Source of the DNA: an uncultured bacterium
GTDB lineage: Bacteria; Armatimonadota; Fervidibacteria; Fervidibacterales; Fervidibacteraceae
Length of the DNA: 64,000 nucleotides
NCBI GenBank assembly: GCA_964466785.1
Contig: CAYXOD010000014.1
Span: 24,003-88,002 of the forward strand
Reading direction: 5' to 3'
This document shows, one piece after another, positions 17,822 through 26,690 of the stretch (position 1 is the first letter of the stretch; the number at the start of each line of letters is the position of its first letter). A model generated the notes under the pieces. It was given only the letters and a program-made list of their open reading frames with translations. It did no database searches and was not told the origin of the DNA. The position numbers were made by a program, and so were the translations under genes.

Positions 17822-18841
17822 ATGGGGAAGAGAATTCGCATTGCTGTGGACATAATGGGTGCGGACCACCCGCCATCCTTGCTGGCGAGCGGTGTGTTGG
17901 ATGCGGTTCGGGAACATGCTGACTTGACTGTTTCTCTCATAGCGGCACCAGAAGTTTGGGACTCTTTGTTACTGCCTTCACTGTTGCGCCAGCAAGTGGA
18001 GTTCATACCAGCGTCACAAGTTATTGGCATGGATGAATTGCCGTTGATGGCTGTGCGACGCAAACCGAATGCAAGTTTAGTCATCGGCATGAAACTTCTT
18101 GGCAGCGGTGAAGTTGACGCTTTCGTGACGCCGGGGAATACAGGTGCTGCATTAGCAGCAGCAACTCTTCATGTCGGTTGTCTACCCCCAATCACTCGTC
18201 CAGCCATTGCTATCATCCTGCCTCACCATCAAGGTCGGTTTCTGCTTTTGGATGTCGGGGCAAATGTTGATTGCAAACCGGAGCATTTCTTGCAGTTTGC
18301 GTTGATGGGGGCTGCTTACGCTGAAGCGGTCATGGGAATTGCCAACCCTCGCGTGGCTCTTTTGAACATTGGCGAGGAAGCCATAAAAGGCACAAGCACA
18401 GCAAAAGAAGCCTTTACGCTTCTTCAATCGGCGCCGCTGAATTTTTTCGGGAATGTAGAGGGGCGCGACTTGCTTGAAGGCGCTGCCGATGTCGTCGTAA
18501 CTGACGGGTTTGTCGGAAACATTTTGCTGAAAGCCGCTGAAGGGATTGGATTGTTCATTTGGCGTGAGATTAAAGACCTGATGTTGACAAACTGGAGGAC
18601 GAAACTTGCAAGTTTACTTTTGCGCCCATACTTGAAAGCATTAGGCAAGCGGTTAGATTGGCGTGAATACGGCGGCGCACCCTTTCTGGGCATCAAAGGT
18701 GTCTGCATCATCGCTCACGGTGCTTCCGACGCCAAAGCAATCGCCAAAGCAATCGCTGTTGCAAGGGAGAATGTAATTGTCAAGTCTGTTGAAAAAGTGG
18801 CTCAAAAATTGTCAACGATCGTCCCGGCAGAAGCGAAGTGA
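17822..18841 (+). CDS. plsX: Phosphate acyltransferase PlsX
   Basis: IAVDIMGADHPP, FVTPGNTGA and VVVTDGFVGNILLK are characteristic PlsX motifs. 339 aa. Confidence 0.95.
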   Translation: MGKRIRIAVDIMGADHPPSLLASGVLDAVREHADLTVSLIAAPEVWDSLLLPSLLRQQVEFIPASQVIGMDELPLMAVRRKPNASLVIGMKLLGSGEVDAFVTPGNTGAALAAATLHVGCLPPITRPAIAIILPHHQGRFLLLDVGANVDCKPEHFLQFALMGAAYAEAVMGIANPRVALLNIGEEAIKGTSTAKEAFTLLQSAPLNFFGNVEGRDLLEGAADVVVTDGFVGNILLKAAEGIGLFIWREIKDLMLTNWRTKLASLLLRPYLKALGKRLDWREYGGAPFLGIKGVCIIAHGASDAKAIAKAIAVARENVIVKSVEKVAQKLSTIVPAEAK

Positions 18842-18921
18842 CAACCACCAAAGCCCAACACGAAAGACGGGAACGAATATGAACAAAGCAATGAGACAAA
18901 ATGAACGATGAGGTGACAGCA

Positions 18922-19902
18922 ATGAAGGCTGCGGGAATTATTGGGCTTGGTTCGTATGTGCCTGAGAAGGTGTTGACAAATTTTGACCTTGAGAAACTTG
19001 TGGACACAAATGACGAATGGATTACGACCCGAACGGGCATCAAAGAGCGAAGGGTTGCTGCTGTCCACGAGACGACAACGACTATGGCAATTGAAGCGGC
19101 AAAGACAGCCCTCGCCGACGCCAACATCTCTGCCAGCGAAGTTGACTTGATTATAGTCGCAACGGTCACTCCCGATTACTTCTTCCCTTCAACGGCGTGC
19201 CAAGTTCAACACGCTATTGGTTCACCGAAAGCAGCTGCCTTTGATTTGTTCGTCGGTTGCACGGGTTTCGTCTACGGTGTCGTCACCGCCTGCCACTTTG
19301 TTCAATCGGGAAGTGCAAATTGCGCATTGGTTATTGGCTCGGAAACTCTCACTCGCATCGTTGATTGGACTGACAGAAAAACTTGCGTTCTGTTCGGTGA
19401 TGGCGCTGGAGCAGCAGTGATCGCTCCCGTTTCCGATGGACGAGGGTTGCTCGGTTTTGACTTGGGTAGTGACGGAAGCGGTGGTCCATTGTTGAAGGTA
19501 GAGGCATTGCAAAGTTGCCCTGCAGACTTCTCAAGATTTGGCTTCAGTGGACGACCAACGATTTACATGAACGGCAACGAGGTGTTCAAATTTGCAGTTC
19601 GCGTCATGGCAGACAGCACCCTTGCTGCCCTTCAAAGAGCGGACCTGACAATAAACGATGTTGATTTGATTGTCCCCCATCAAGCCAACATCCGCATAAT
19701 TGATGCAGCGGCGCGACGGTTGGGAGTGCCGATGGAAAAAATCTTTGTCAATGTTGACAAGTATGGCAACACATCCGCTGCGTCCATCCCGATTGCGATG
19801 GATGAGGCGAGGCGGAATGGCTCGATCAAAGATGGCAGTATCGTCGTTGCCGTCAGTTTCGGAGCAGGTCTATCGTGGGCAAGTTTCGTTATGAGGATGT
19901 GA
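18922..19902 (+). CDS. fabH: 3-oxoacyl-ACP synthase III
   Basis: GSYVPEKVLTNFDLEKLVDTNDEWITTRTGIKERR, active-site C in GCTGFVY, HQAN, and GNTSAAS. ATG 18922 has GAGGTGA 5 nt upstream; the track start 18901 is possible. Confidence 0.95.
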   Translation: MKAAGIIGLGSYVPEKVLTNFDLEKLVDTNDEWITTRTGIKERRVAAVHETTTTMAIEAAKTALADANISASEVDLIIVATVTPDYFFPSTACQVQHAIGSPKAAAFDLFVGCTGFVYGVVTACHFVQSGSANCALVIGSETLTRIVDWTDRKTCVLFGDGAGAAVIAPVSDGRGLLGFDLGSDGSGGPLLKVEALQSCPADFSRFGFSGRPTIYMNGNEVFKFAVRVMADSTLAALQRADLTINDVDLIVPHQANIRIIDAAARRLGVPMEKIFVNVDKYGNTSAASIPIAMDEARRNGSIKDGSIVVAVSFGAGLSWASFVMRM

Positions 19903-20093
19903 GCTTGGCAAGTGGGATGTCACTGTTGCACCCGCAACAAATTAGGTTGGACGGTTATAGCAACAAAGGCGCAAACCTCAGATTTACGCATTGCCTGCCA
20001 AGTCAAAATACAACTGTTGTTTGCTATGTATGTCTATTGGTGTGATGTGGCAATATTTGGTGTCGTGAGAACCGGAGGCAAAGGAGGAGTGAC

Positions 20094-21020
20094 ATGGCGA
20101 TTGCGTTCATCTTCCCAGGGCAAGGAGTGCAGCGTGTGGGGATGGGCAAAAGTTTGTTGAAAGCCTTTCCCGAACTTCAGGAGTTTTACAAAACCGCAGA
20201 AAAAGTGACGGGTCGTACCATCACCAAACTTTGCTTTGAAGGACCCGAGGAGGAATTGACACAAACTATCAACGCTCAACCTGCCATCTTCACCACCTGT
20301 TTCGTCTGCTGGGTTCTCATCTCGGAACGAGGAATTCAACCTAAATTCGTTGCCGGTCACAGTTTGGGGGAGTGGACTGCTGTCGTTGCCAGCGGGGCAT
20401 TGGAATTTGAGGACGGATTGAAATTGGTGGCTAAGCGGGGTGAATTGATGAACCGAGCACCAGCAGGTGGGATGGCTGCTATCTTGGGTGCTTCCTTGGA
20501 GCAGATAGAAAAACTTTGTCAAGTTGCTTCTGAGAAAGGCATCATCACCGTTGCAAATTACAACGCCCCAGACCAAATCGTTATTTCGGGCGAAGTCGCT
20601 GCAGTTGAGTATGCCATCCAAATTGCCCGTCAATTTGGTGCTGTCAAGGCTGTGCCGTTGAAAGTCAGCGGCGCTTTCCACTCTCCTTTGATGGAGGACG
20701 CAAAAGAACAGTTCCGACAAAATGTGGAGCAAACAGATTTCAAAAATGCGGATGTGCCCATTGTAGCCAATGTCACTGGTCAGCCAGTGACGGATGGGAA
20801 CGAAATAAAGCAGTTGCTCGTTGAACAATTAACTTCACCTGTCCGCTGGGTTGACTGTGTGAAGACGATGCACGAAAACGGTGTTAATGTTTTCATTGAA
20901 CTCGGACCGGGGAGAGTGCTCAGTGGTTTGGTGAGGCGAATTGCCCCCGATGCTTTGACTTTCTGCATTGAAGACCCAAAATCTTTTGAAGAAACAGTCA
21001 ATGCATTGGAGAGCATGTGA
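20094..21020 (+). CDS. fabD: Malonyl-CoA:ACP transacylase
   Basis: FIFPGQGVQ, GHSLGEW (active Ser), and VSGAFHSPLM. AGGAGGAG RBS. Confidence 0.95.
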   Translation: MAIAFIFPGQGVQRVGMGKSLLKAFPELQEFYKTAEKVTGRTITKLCFEGPEEELTQTINAQPAIFTTCFVCWVLISERGIQPKFVAGHSLGEWTAVVASGALEFEDGLKLVAKRGELMNRAPAGGMAAILGASLEQIEKLCQVASEKGIITVANYNAPDQIVISGEVAAVEYAIQIARQFGAVKAVPLKVSGAFHSPLMEDAKEQFRQNVEQTDFKNADVPIVANVTGQPVTDGNEIKQLLVEQLTSPVRWVDCVKTMHENGVNVFIELGPGRVLSGLVRRIAPDALTFCIEDPKSFEETVNALESM

Positions 21021-21067
21021 ACTGGGACTGACCGTTATGACACAAAGTCAGTTGAAGACTTACTTGA

Positions 21068-21145
21068 ACCAAAGCAATAGAGGCGTTACTTAGGGTTGAC
21101 AAAAACATTCGTGCTATCGTCCTTTTCGGTTCAGCCGCACGATGA
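21068..21145 (+). pseudogene. Remnant of a nucleotidyltransferase (MNT-type) gene
   Basis: A short frame reads TKAIEALLRVDKNIRAIVLFGSAAR then stop, the hallmark hhLFGSxARG start of minimal nucleotidyltransferases. After a 1-nt shift it continues ENAFSPSS toward the fabG start. There is no start codon. Confidence 0.5.
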
Positions 21146-21223
21146 GAATGCATTTTCGCCGTCGTCAGCGAATGTTGAACGGTTCATTGACGATTTGGAA
21201 ACCAAAAGACGAAAAGAACAGAG

Positions 21224-21997
21224 GTGGGTGAAACTGTGAACATTACTGAAACGCTTTCGCTGAACGGCAAAGTTGCATTAGTGACTGGTGGAAGCAGAGG
21301 AATTGGCGCTGCAATTGTTCGGATTTTGGCGCAGCGAGGCGCTTCCGTAGCTTTCTGTTACCGCCAACAAGCAGAATTAGCGCAAGATTTGGCGAGTAAA
21401 GTACAAGCAGAAACGGGGAAAAAGATTTTGGCAGTTCAAACCGATGTCACTGATGATGAGCAGGTCAAGGCGATGGTTGAACATGTTCGCAAAGACCTCG
21501 GCGACATTGACATTCTCGTCAACAACGCTGGCATTGTCCGCGATTCGCTCTTTTTACGGATGGACGAGGGCAAGTGGGACGAAGTTATAAACACGGATTT
21601 GAAAGGTGTCTTCCTGTGCACAAAAGCGGTAGTGCCGATGATGGTTTCAAAGCGTTGGGGTCGAATCATCAACATAAGTTCCGTAGTCGGTCTCGTAGGC
21701 AATGTCGGTCAAGCAAATTACGCAGCAGCGAAGGCTGCGCTCATCGGTTTCACGAAAAGTCTCGCAAAAGAACTCGGGAGCCGAAACATAACTGTCAATG
21801 CTGTTGCACCAGGATTCATCGTCACGGATATGACAGCAGCTTTGTCGGAAGAGATTCGCAATCGTTACGAATCGCAAATTGCGCTCCGAAGGTTCGGTCG
21901 TCCTGAAGAGGTGGCGGAAGTTGTCGCTTTCTTGGCTTCCGACGCTGCAAGTTACATCACTGGACAAGTCATCGTCGTTGACGGAGGGCTCGTTTGA
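21224..21997 (+). CDS. fabG: 3-oxoacyl-ACP reductase
   Basis: [21 protein letters not shown], and S...YAAAKAAL. Start is GTG 21224 or, better spaced from AGAGGTGGGTGA, GTG 21236. Confidence 0.92.
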   Translation: MGETVNITETLSLNGKVALVTGGSRGIGAAIVRILAQRGASVAFCYRQQAELAQDLASKVQAETGKKILAVQTDVTDDEQVKAMVEHVRKDLGDIDILVNNAGIVRDSLFLRMDEGKWDEVINTDLKGVFLCTKAVVPMMVSKRWGRIINISSVVGLVGNVGQANYAAAKAALIGFTKSLAKELGSRNITVNAVAPGFIVTDMTAALSEEIRNRYESQIALRRFGRPEEVAEVVAFLASDAASYITGQVIVVDGGLV

Positions 21998-22157
21998 AAT
22001 TGACTTCAAACGCATCTTTACAAATGCATCTCCGTTGGTTATCATTAGTAAACCCACGATAAAAGCCTCGGTTGCGGAAAGGTGCGAATGTTTAGATTAG
22101 TGCCGTCAATGAAGCGAGGGTCAACACAACGCAGACTGACGATAGGAGGGATAAAGG

Positions 22158-22409
22158 ATGGCGGATGTGTATGAGAAGGTTCGTGACATCATTGTGGAGC
22201 GATTGAAGGTTGATCCATCTGAGGTTTCGCCCGACGCAGCTTTCGTTGAAGACTTGAGGGCTGATTCCCTTGACATCGTGGAGATGGTCATGAAATTGGA
22301 GGAAACTTTTGACATCTCCATCCCTGACGAAGATGTTGAGAAACTGAGAACAGTTGGCGATGCCGTCGCTTACATTGAGAGACGGTTGAGAGAGAAAGCA
22401 GGTGTGTGA
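22158..22409 (+). CDS. acpP: Acyl carrier protein
   Basis: An 83-aa acidic protein with [13 protein letters not shown] (phosphopantetheine Ser in DSL). AGGAGGG RBS. Confidence 0.95.
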   Translation: MADVYEKVRDIIVERLKVDPSEVSPDAAFVEDLRADSLDIVEMVMKLEETFDISIPDEDVEKLRTVGDAVAYIERRLREKAGV

Positions 22410-22458
22410 AGGTCGTGAAAACATCAGCGTGCAGGATGAGAAAAATCCAAATTTCAGA

Positions 22459-22488
22459 CCTTTCACTCACCTGCCTTTCACTCACCTG
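22459..22488 (+). repeat. Perfect 15-bp tandem duplication in the acpP-fabF spacer
   Basis: cctttcactcacctg occurs twice back to back, at 22459..22473 and 22474..22488. Confidence 0.85.
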
Positions 22489-22529
22489 CACGCTTTCATA
22501 TTTGCACTCAAGGGTGAGAGGTGTCCAAA

Positions 22530-23795
22530 ATGAACTTTTGGCGAGAGACGGAGCCTGTGGTCATTACAGGCATTGGTCTGATTACCGCATTAGGGACAGG
22601 AGAAGAAAAGAGTTGGGAAGGGATAAGGCTGGGCAAATCTGGGATAAGACGCATAACCCGTTTTGACCCAACCCCCTTCTCTTCCCAAATTGCTGGCGAA
22701 GTTGATGACTTTGACCCAGAAACTTTCATTGACCCAAGAGAAGCCCGAAAGATGGACAGATATACGCAATTCGCGGCGGCAGCAACTTTAATGGCTTTAC
22801 AAGATTCGGGTTTGTTAATAAACGCTAACAACGCCGAACGGGTCGGGGTTTGCATCGGTTCGGGAATAGGTGGGGCATGGACATGGGAAGAGAACCACAC
22901 GAACTTGCTCCAAAAAGGACCACGAGGTGTCTCCCCTCGTTTCATACCGACGATGATTTCAGACATCGCCGCCGGTCATGTCGCTATATTGACAGGTGCA
23001 AAGGGACCGAACTTCGCAACGGTGACGGCTTGCGCCACTTCTGGTCACGCCATTGGGATGGCGGCGATGACCATCAAGACAGGCTTCGCTGATGTCATGA
23101 TAGCGGGAGGTTCGGAAGCGGCAATTTCTCCTCTTTCCCTGGCAGGTTTCTGTAGCATGAAAGCACTTTCAGCCAGAAACGATGAACCCGAAAAAGCCTC
23201 TCGCCCCTTTGATGTTAACCGAGATGGGTTCGTCATGGCTGAAGGTGCGGGCATTGTGATTTTGGAAAGGCTCTCCCACGCTATCAAGCGAGGGGCAAAA
23301 ATTTACGCCGAACTCGCCGGATTCGGCATGTCAGGAGATGCTTATCACCTAACTGCGATGTGTGAAGATGGAGATGGTCCTGCAAGAAGTATGTTACATG
23401 CCCTTGAGACAGCGGGATTGACACCTGCTGAGGTTGATTACATCAACGCCCACGCAACTTCAACTCCACAGGGAGATCCTGCGGAAGTTGTGGCTATCAA
23501 ACGGGCTTTCGGCGATTACGCCTACAAAGTTCCCATCAGTTCAACAAAGTCAATGCACGGTCATACCCTTGGAGCTGCAGGAGCAATTGAATTGATTGTT
23601 TGCCTCCTTGCAATACGAGACCAAATCCTGCCCCCAACAATCAACTTGGAACAGCCAGACCCAAAATGCGATTTGGACTTTGTGCCCAATAAGGCAAGAC
23701 CAGCACGGGTTGAAGTGGCAGTTTCTAACTCATTCGGTTTTGGCGGACATAATGCCACTTTGGTTGTGCGCAAATGGGAAAAAACAGAAGTGTGA
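22530..23795 (+). CDS. fabF: 3-oxoacyl-ACP synthase II
   Basis: VVITGIGLITALG, active-site ACATSGHAIG, HATSTPQGD, and GHTLGAAG. Start is ATG 22530 (the track GTG 22521 is possible). Confidence 0.95.
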   Translation: MNFWRETEPVVITGIGLITALGTGEEKSWEGIRLGKSGIRRITRFDPTPFSSQIAGEVDDFDPETFIDPREARKMDRYTQFAAAATLMALQDSGLLINANNAERVGVCIGSGIGGAWTWEENHTNLLQKGPRGVSPRFIPTMISDIAAGHVAILTGAKGPNFATVTACATSGHAIGMAAMTIKTGFADVMIAGGSEAAISPLSLAGFCSMKALSARNDEPEKASRPFDVNRDGFVMAEGAGIVILERLSHAIKRGAKIYAELAGFGMSGDAYHLTAMCEDGDGPARSMLHALETAGLTPAEVDYINAHATSTPQGDPAEVVAIKRAFGDYAYKVPISSTKSMHGHTLGAAGAIELIVCLLAIRDQILPPTINLEQPDPKCDLDFVPNKARPARVEVAVSNSFGFGGHNATLVVRKWEKTEV

Positions 23796-23856
23796 CATTA
23801 ACGGGAAGTCAAGATATAATCATGGTTGGGCAAGTTAAGTTTGACACGGGAGTGGC

Positions 23857-24666
23857 ATGATGAGGAAGCGGCAATCAACAAAACTGCAACCAGTTCAACT
23901 CGTTCGGCGTCGTGACAAAATCTTCATCCGCTTGTCTTCAGAGAGGCGTGTGGCTTTATTGCGATTGTGTGAGCAATTGAAAGTCAAGTTCCGCCGCTTA
24001 TACTTACTGAACACCGCTCTCACACATCCATCTTATTGTGCCGAATTCAATCAGGGCAATTTGCCTTCAAACCAACGATTGGAATTTCTGGGAGATGCAG
24101 TTTTGGCTCTCGTTGTTAGCGACTACCTCTATCACACCTATCCCGAAATGGACGAGGGTCAACTAACCCGCATTAAAGCCATCTCGGTCAGTGAACCTGT
24201 CTTGCATAGCATCGCAAAGAAATTGGGATTGGGGCAATATTTGCTTCTTGGGAAAGGAGAGGAACGGACTGGCGGAAGAGACCGCCCTTCTGTTTTGGCA
24301 GATGCCTTTGAAGCCTTAGTTGGAGCAATGTTCCTTGATAGAGGTTTGCAAACGACGGCGGAATTTGTCCTCAAGCACCTGAAGAGCCGAATCCGAATGA
24401 TAGAGCGAGACAGGCTGATCTTGGACTTCAAGAGTCGGCTTCAGGAATTAACCCAAAGTCGCTATCACCTCGTCCCAACTTACCACCTTGTCAGAACCAT
24501 CGGACCTGACCATGCGAAAATTTTCATAAGTGAAGTCAAGGTTCACGGAGTCATCATAGGAAGGGGAAGAGGGCGTAGCAAGAAAGAGGCAGAACAAGAG
24601 GCGGCGAGAGCGGCGTTGCGGAAACTGTTGAGAGGTTCCATCCAAATCCCAGAGAAGCGCGACTGA
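23857..24666 (+). CDS. rnc: Ribonuclease III
   Basis: LLNTALTHPSY, NQRLEFLGDAVL (signature), and a C-terminal dsRBD with KKEAEQEAARAAL. The N-terminal extension is about 40 aa, so the start is uncertain. Confidence 0.9.
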   Translation: MMRKRQSTKLQPVQLVRRRDKIFIRLSSERRVALLRLCEQLKVKFRRLYLLNTALTHPSYCAEFNQGNLPSNQRLEFLGDAVLALVVSDYLYHTYPEMDEGQLTRIKAISVSEPVLHSIAKKLGLGQYLLLGKGEERTGGRDRPSVLADAFEALVGAMFLDRGLQTTAEFVLKHLKSRIRMIERDRLILDFKSRLQELTQSRYHLVPTYHLVRTIGPDHAKIFISEVKVHGVIIGRGRGRSKKEAEQEAARAALRKLLRGSIQIPEKRD

Positions 24667-24993
24667 ATCCATCCTTTTCATCGCACGCTGCCAGATGTCT
24701 CCGCCCAGCAAACCCGTTTGCTTTGTCTTATGAGGTTCTCCATCTGACTTGATCTAACGATTCGTTTCGCTTTCTCGTTGCTATAAGGCAATGTAGAGTA
24801 AGGCTTCCATTCCTCGTCAAAAAGGAGTTCGTTGGCTTCAACCAGTAGCTGATGATGAAGCGAACTTAAGTTCATTGAGGGAAGAAATTTCCTGCTATCT
24901 AAAAACAGGACTAAAAATTGCCGACAATCGTGGACTTAAGGTTCATGTCGTGGTCACCAACGTGTTGACAAAACAAATGAGCACTAAATTCAT

Positions 24994-26334
24994 TCAGCGG
25001 GAAATTTCCCCTCTTTTCAGATGTTCCTTGATTGCTGTTTGAAATTCCACCAGTGATGCCTTTAAATCCACCATAGGTGGCGGATAATTGGGTGCGTGCT
25101 GTCTCAACCGAGTTAAATCAAACAATAACGCTTCCGTCGGCACATGACGCAATTCAGGAACGAACTGGCGAATGTATTCGCCTTGCGGATCAAATTTTTG
25201 GGCTTGAAGCACTGGGTTGAAGATACGGAAGTAAGGAGCAGCATCCGCACCGCAACCTGCAACCCATTGCCAGTTGCCTATATTTTGAGCCAAGTCGGCG
25301 TCAACAAGGTAATGGTAAAAATACCGCTCACCCCAACGCCAGTCAATCTGTAAATTCTTTGTCAAAAAACTGGCAACAATCATTCGCACACGATTAGGAA
25401 TCCAGCCCTCCTGCTTTAATTGTCGCATTGCAGCGTCAACGATTGGGAAACCCACTTGCCCCTCGCACCAACGCTCAAAATCATTTTCATTATGTCTCCA
25501 TGCAAACCTACGCCATTTCACCTGCCATTCCTGAGTCGTAGTTTCCGGAAAGTGATGTAACAAATGAGCGTAAAAGTCATGCCATGCTAACTCCCGAACA
25601 AACACCCTATTAATTTCAAGGGCGTCTTGACACAATCGTCGTAACGAAATCAAACCACACCGTATGTAAGGGCTCATTTGCGAACAGGCATTTTCGGTTA
25701 AAAAGTTTCGGGTGCGATCGTAAGCAGGCAAGTGCTGCTGCGCATAGAAACGCCATCGGCGCAAAACCTCTACCTCATTGATGCACCATTTTCTTGCTGC
25801 TTCACTGCTGACTTGGGGCAGTGGTATTTCATCAAAAGGGACCTGCGGTGTACTGAACCGTTTGGGTTTAGGATAACTTAAAATGCCTTCACGTTGTAGT
25901 GACGGCAAGAAGTGGCGCTTGTAGAACTGTGTGAAAGTCATGAAAGGTTTTTCTGGCACAGGTGTCAAGGTGCTATCTCTCAAAACTTCATAGCGAATGC
26001 CCATGCGGTTAAGCAATCTTACCAAATTTTCGTCCCGCTTGCGTGAGTGTGGCTCGTGGTCTTCACAAAAAAGAACAAGATCTGGCTTGACGGTAGCTAA
26101 AAACGCTTCTTGCTGCTTTGAGTGAATACAATAGAGGTGACCACCAAGCGATGAAATTTGCTGTCGCAATTCGTTTAAGGCGAAGAAAAACAGCGTCCGC
26201 AAGTTGCTGCCATGTTCGAGCTGGTTAAAATCATCTAACACAAACAACGGGACAATTTCATTCTCATTTGCGCTTTGCCAAAGTGGGTTGTCGTGTAACC
26301 GCAGTTCCCTTCTAACCATGGCTACAACTCGCAT
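24994..26334 (-). CDS. phr: Deoxyribodipyrimidine photolyase / cryptochrome family
   Basis: LRLHDNPLW, LAWHDFY, GFPIVDAAMRQL, and NRVRMIVASFLTKNLQIDWRWGERYFYHYLVDADLAQNIGNWQWVAGCGADAAPYFRIFNP. Confidence 0.92.
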   Translation of the reverse strand: MRVVAMVRRELRLHDNPLWQSANENEIVPLFVLDDFNQLEHGSNLRTLFFFALNELRQQISSLGGHLYCIHSKQQEAFLATVKPDLVLFCEDHEPHSRKRDENLVRLLNRMGIRYEVLRDSTLTPVPEKPFMTFTQFYKRHFLPSLQREGILSYPKPKRFSTPQVPFDEIPLPQVSSEAARKWCINEVEVLRRWRFYAQQHLPAYDRTRNFLTENACSQMSPYIRCGLISLRRLCQDALEINRVFVRELAWHDFYAHLLHHFPETTTQEWQVKWRRFAWRHNENDFERWCEGQVGFPIVDAAMRQLKQEGWIPNRVRMIVASFLTKNLQIDWRWGERYFYHYLVDADLAQNIGNWQWVAGCGADAAPYFRIFNPVLQAQKFDPQGEYIRQFVPELRHVPTEALLFDLTRLRQHAPNYPPPMVDLKASLVEFQTAIKEHLKRGEISR

Positions 26335-26690
26335 CGTCTCTCCACCACCATCAAGCCAAATTTTTCCCCATAAAATAGGGCAATGCTTCGAAGATGTGAC
26401 CTCTGAACGGGCACTCGGATTTTGTCTTTGGAACGTTGGCTTGCTACTGCAAACACGATGCTAACATCATTTTAAAGACATCGGGTTCAAGAAGAAAGGG
26501 TAAAAAGGATGCAACTGGTTTTTGTGTAAAAGCGAAAAATAGAATGAGAAGGACCAATTGGTCGTTTTCCGTCGTTTCAAGAAGACGAGAGGTTTTGAGG
26601 CAAATGTCGGGCTAAGGGAGTCCCTCAAGTTAAGGAGGTGTGGAAGGTCGCAGAAACCTTGCGTAACAGGTCAGTTGCGACTTACCCGCT

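Noticed and set aside
17506-18090. 194-aa minus-strand ORF in the track.
   Set aside because: It overlaps the plsX 5' region antisense. Its C-terminal text (FGKSAIQQFGKSAGRQFWKG) is the translation of intergenic repeats. It has no RBS and no domain.
20034-20828. 264-aa minus-strand ORF.
   Set aside because: It is entirely antisense to the strongly supported fabD gene. It has no recognisable motifs.
24678-24875. 65-aa minus-strand ORF downstream of the photolyase, considered as a possible small toxin or antitoxin.
   Set aside because: There is no Shine-Dalgarno sequence upstream of its ATG, no partner ORF and no recognisable family. A plus-strand frame through the same region is also open without a start. 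The region may be debris, but I cannot support a gene.
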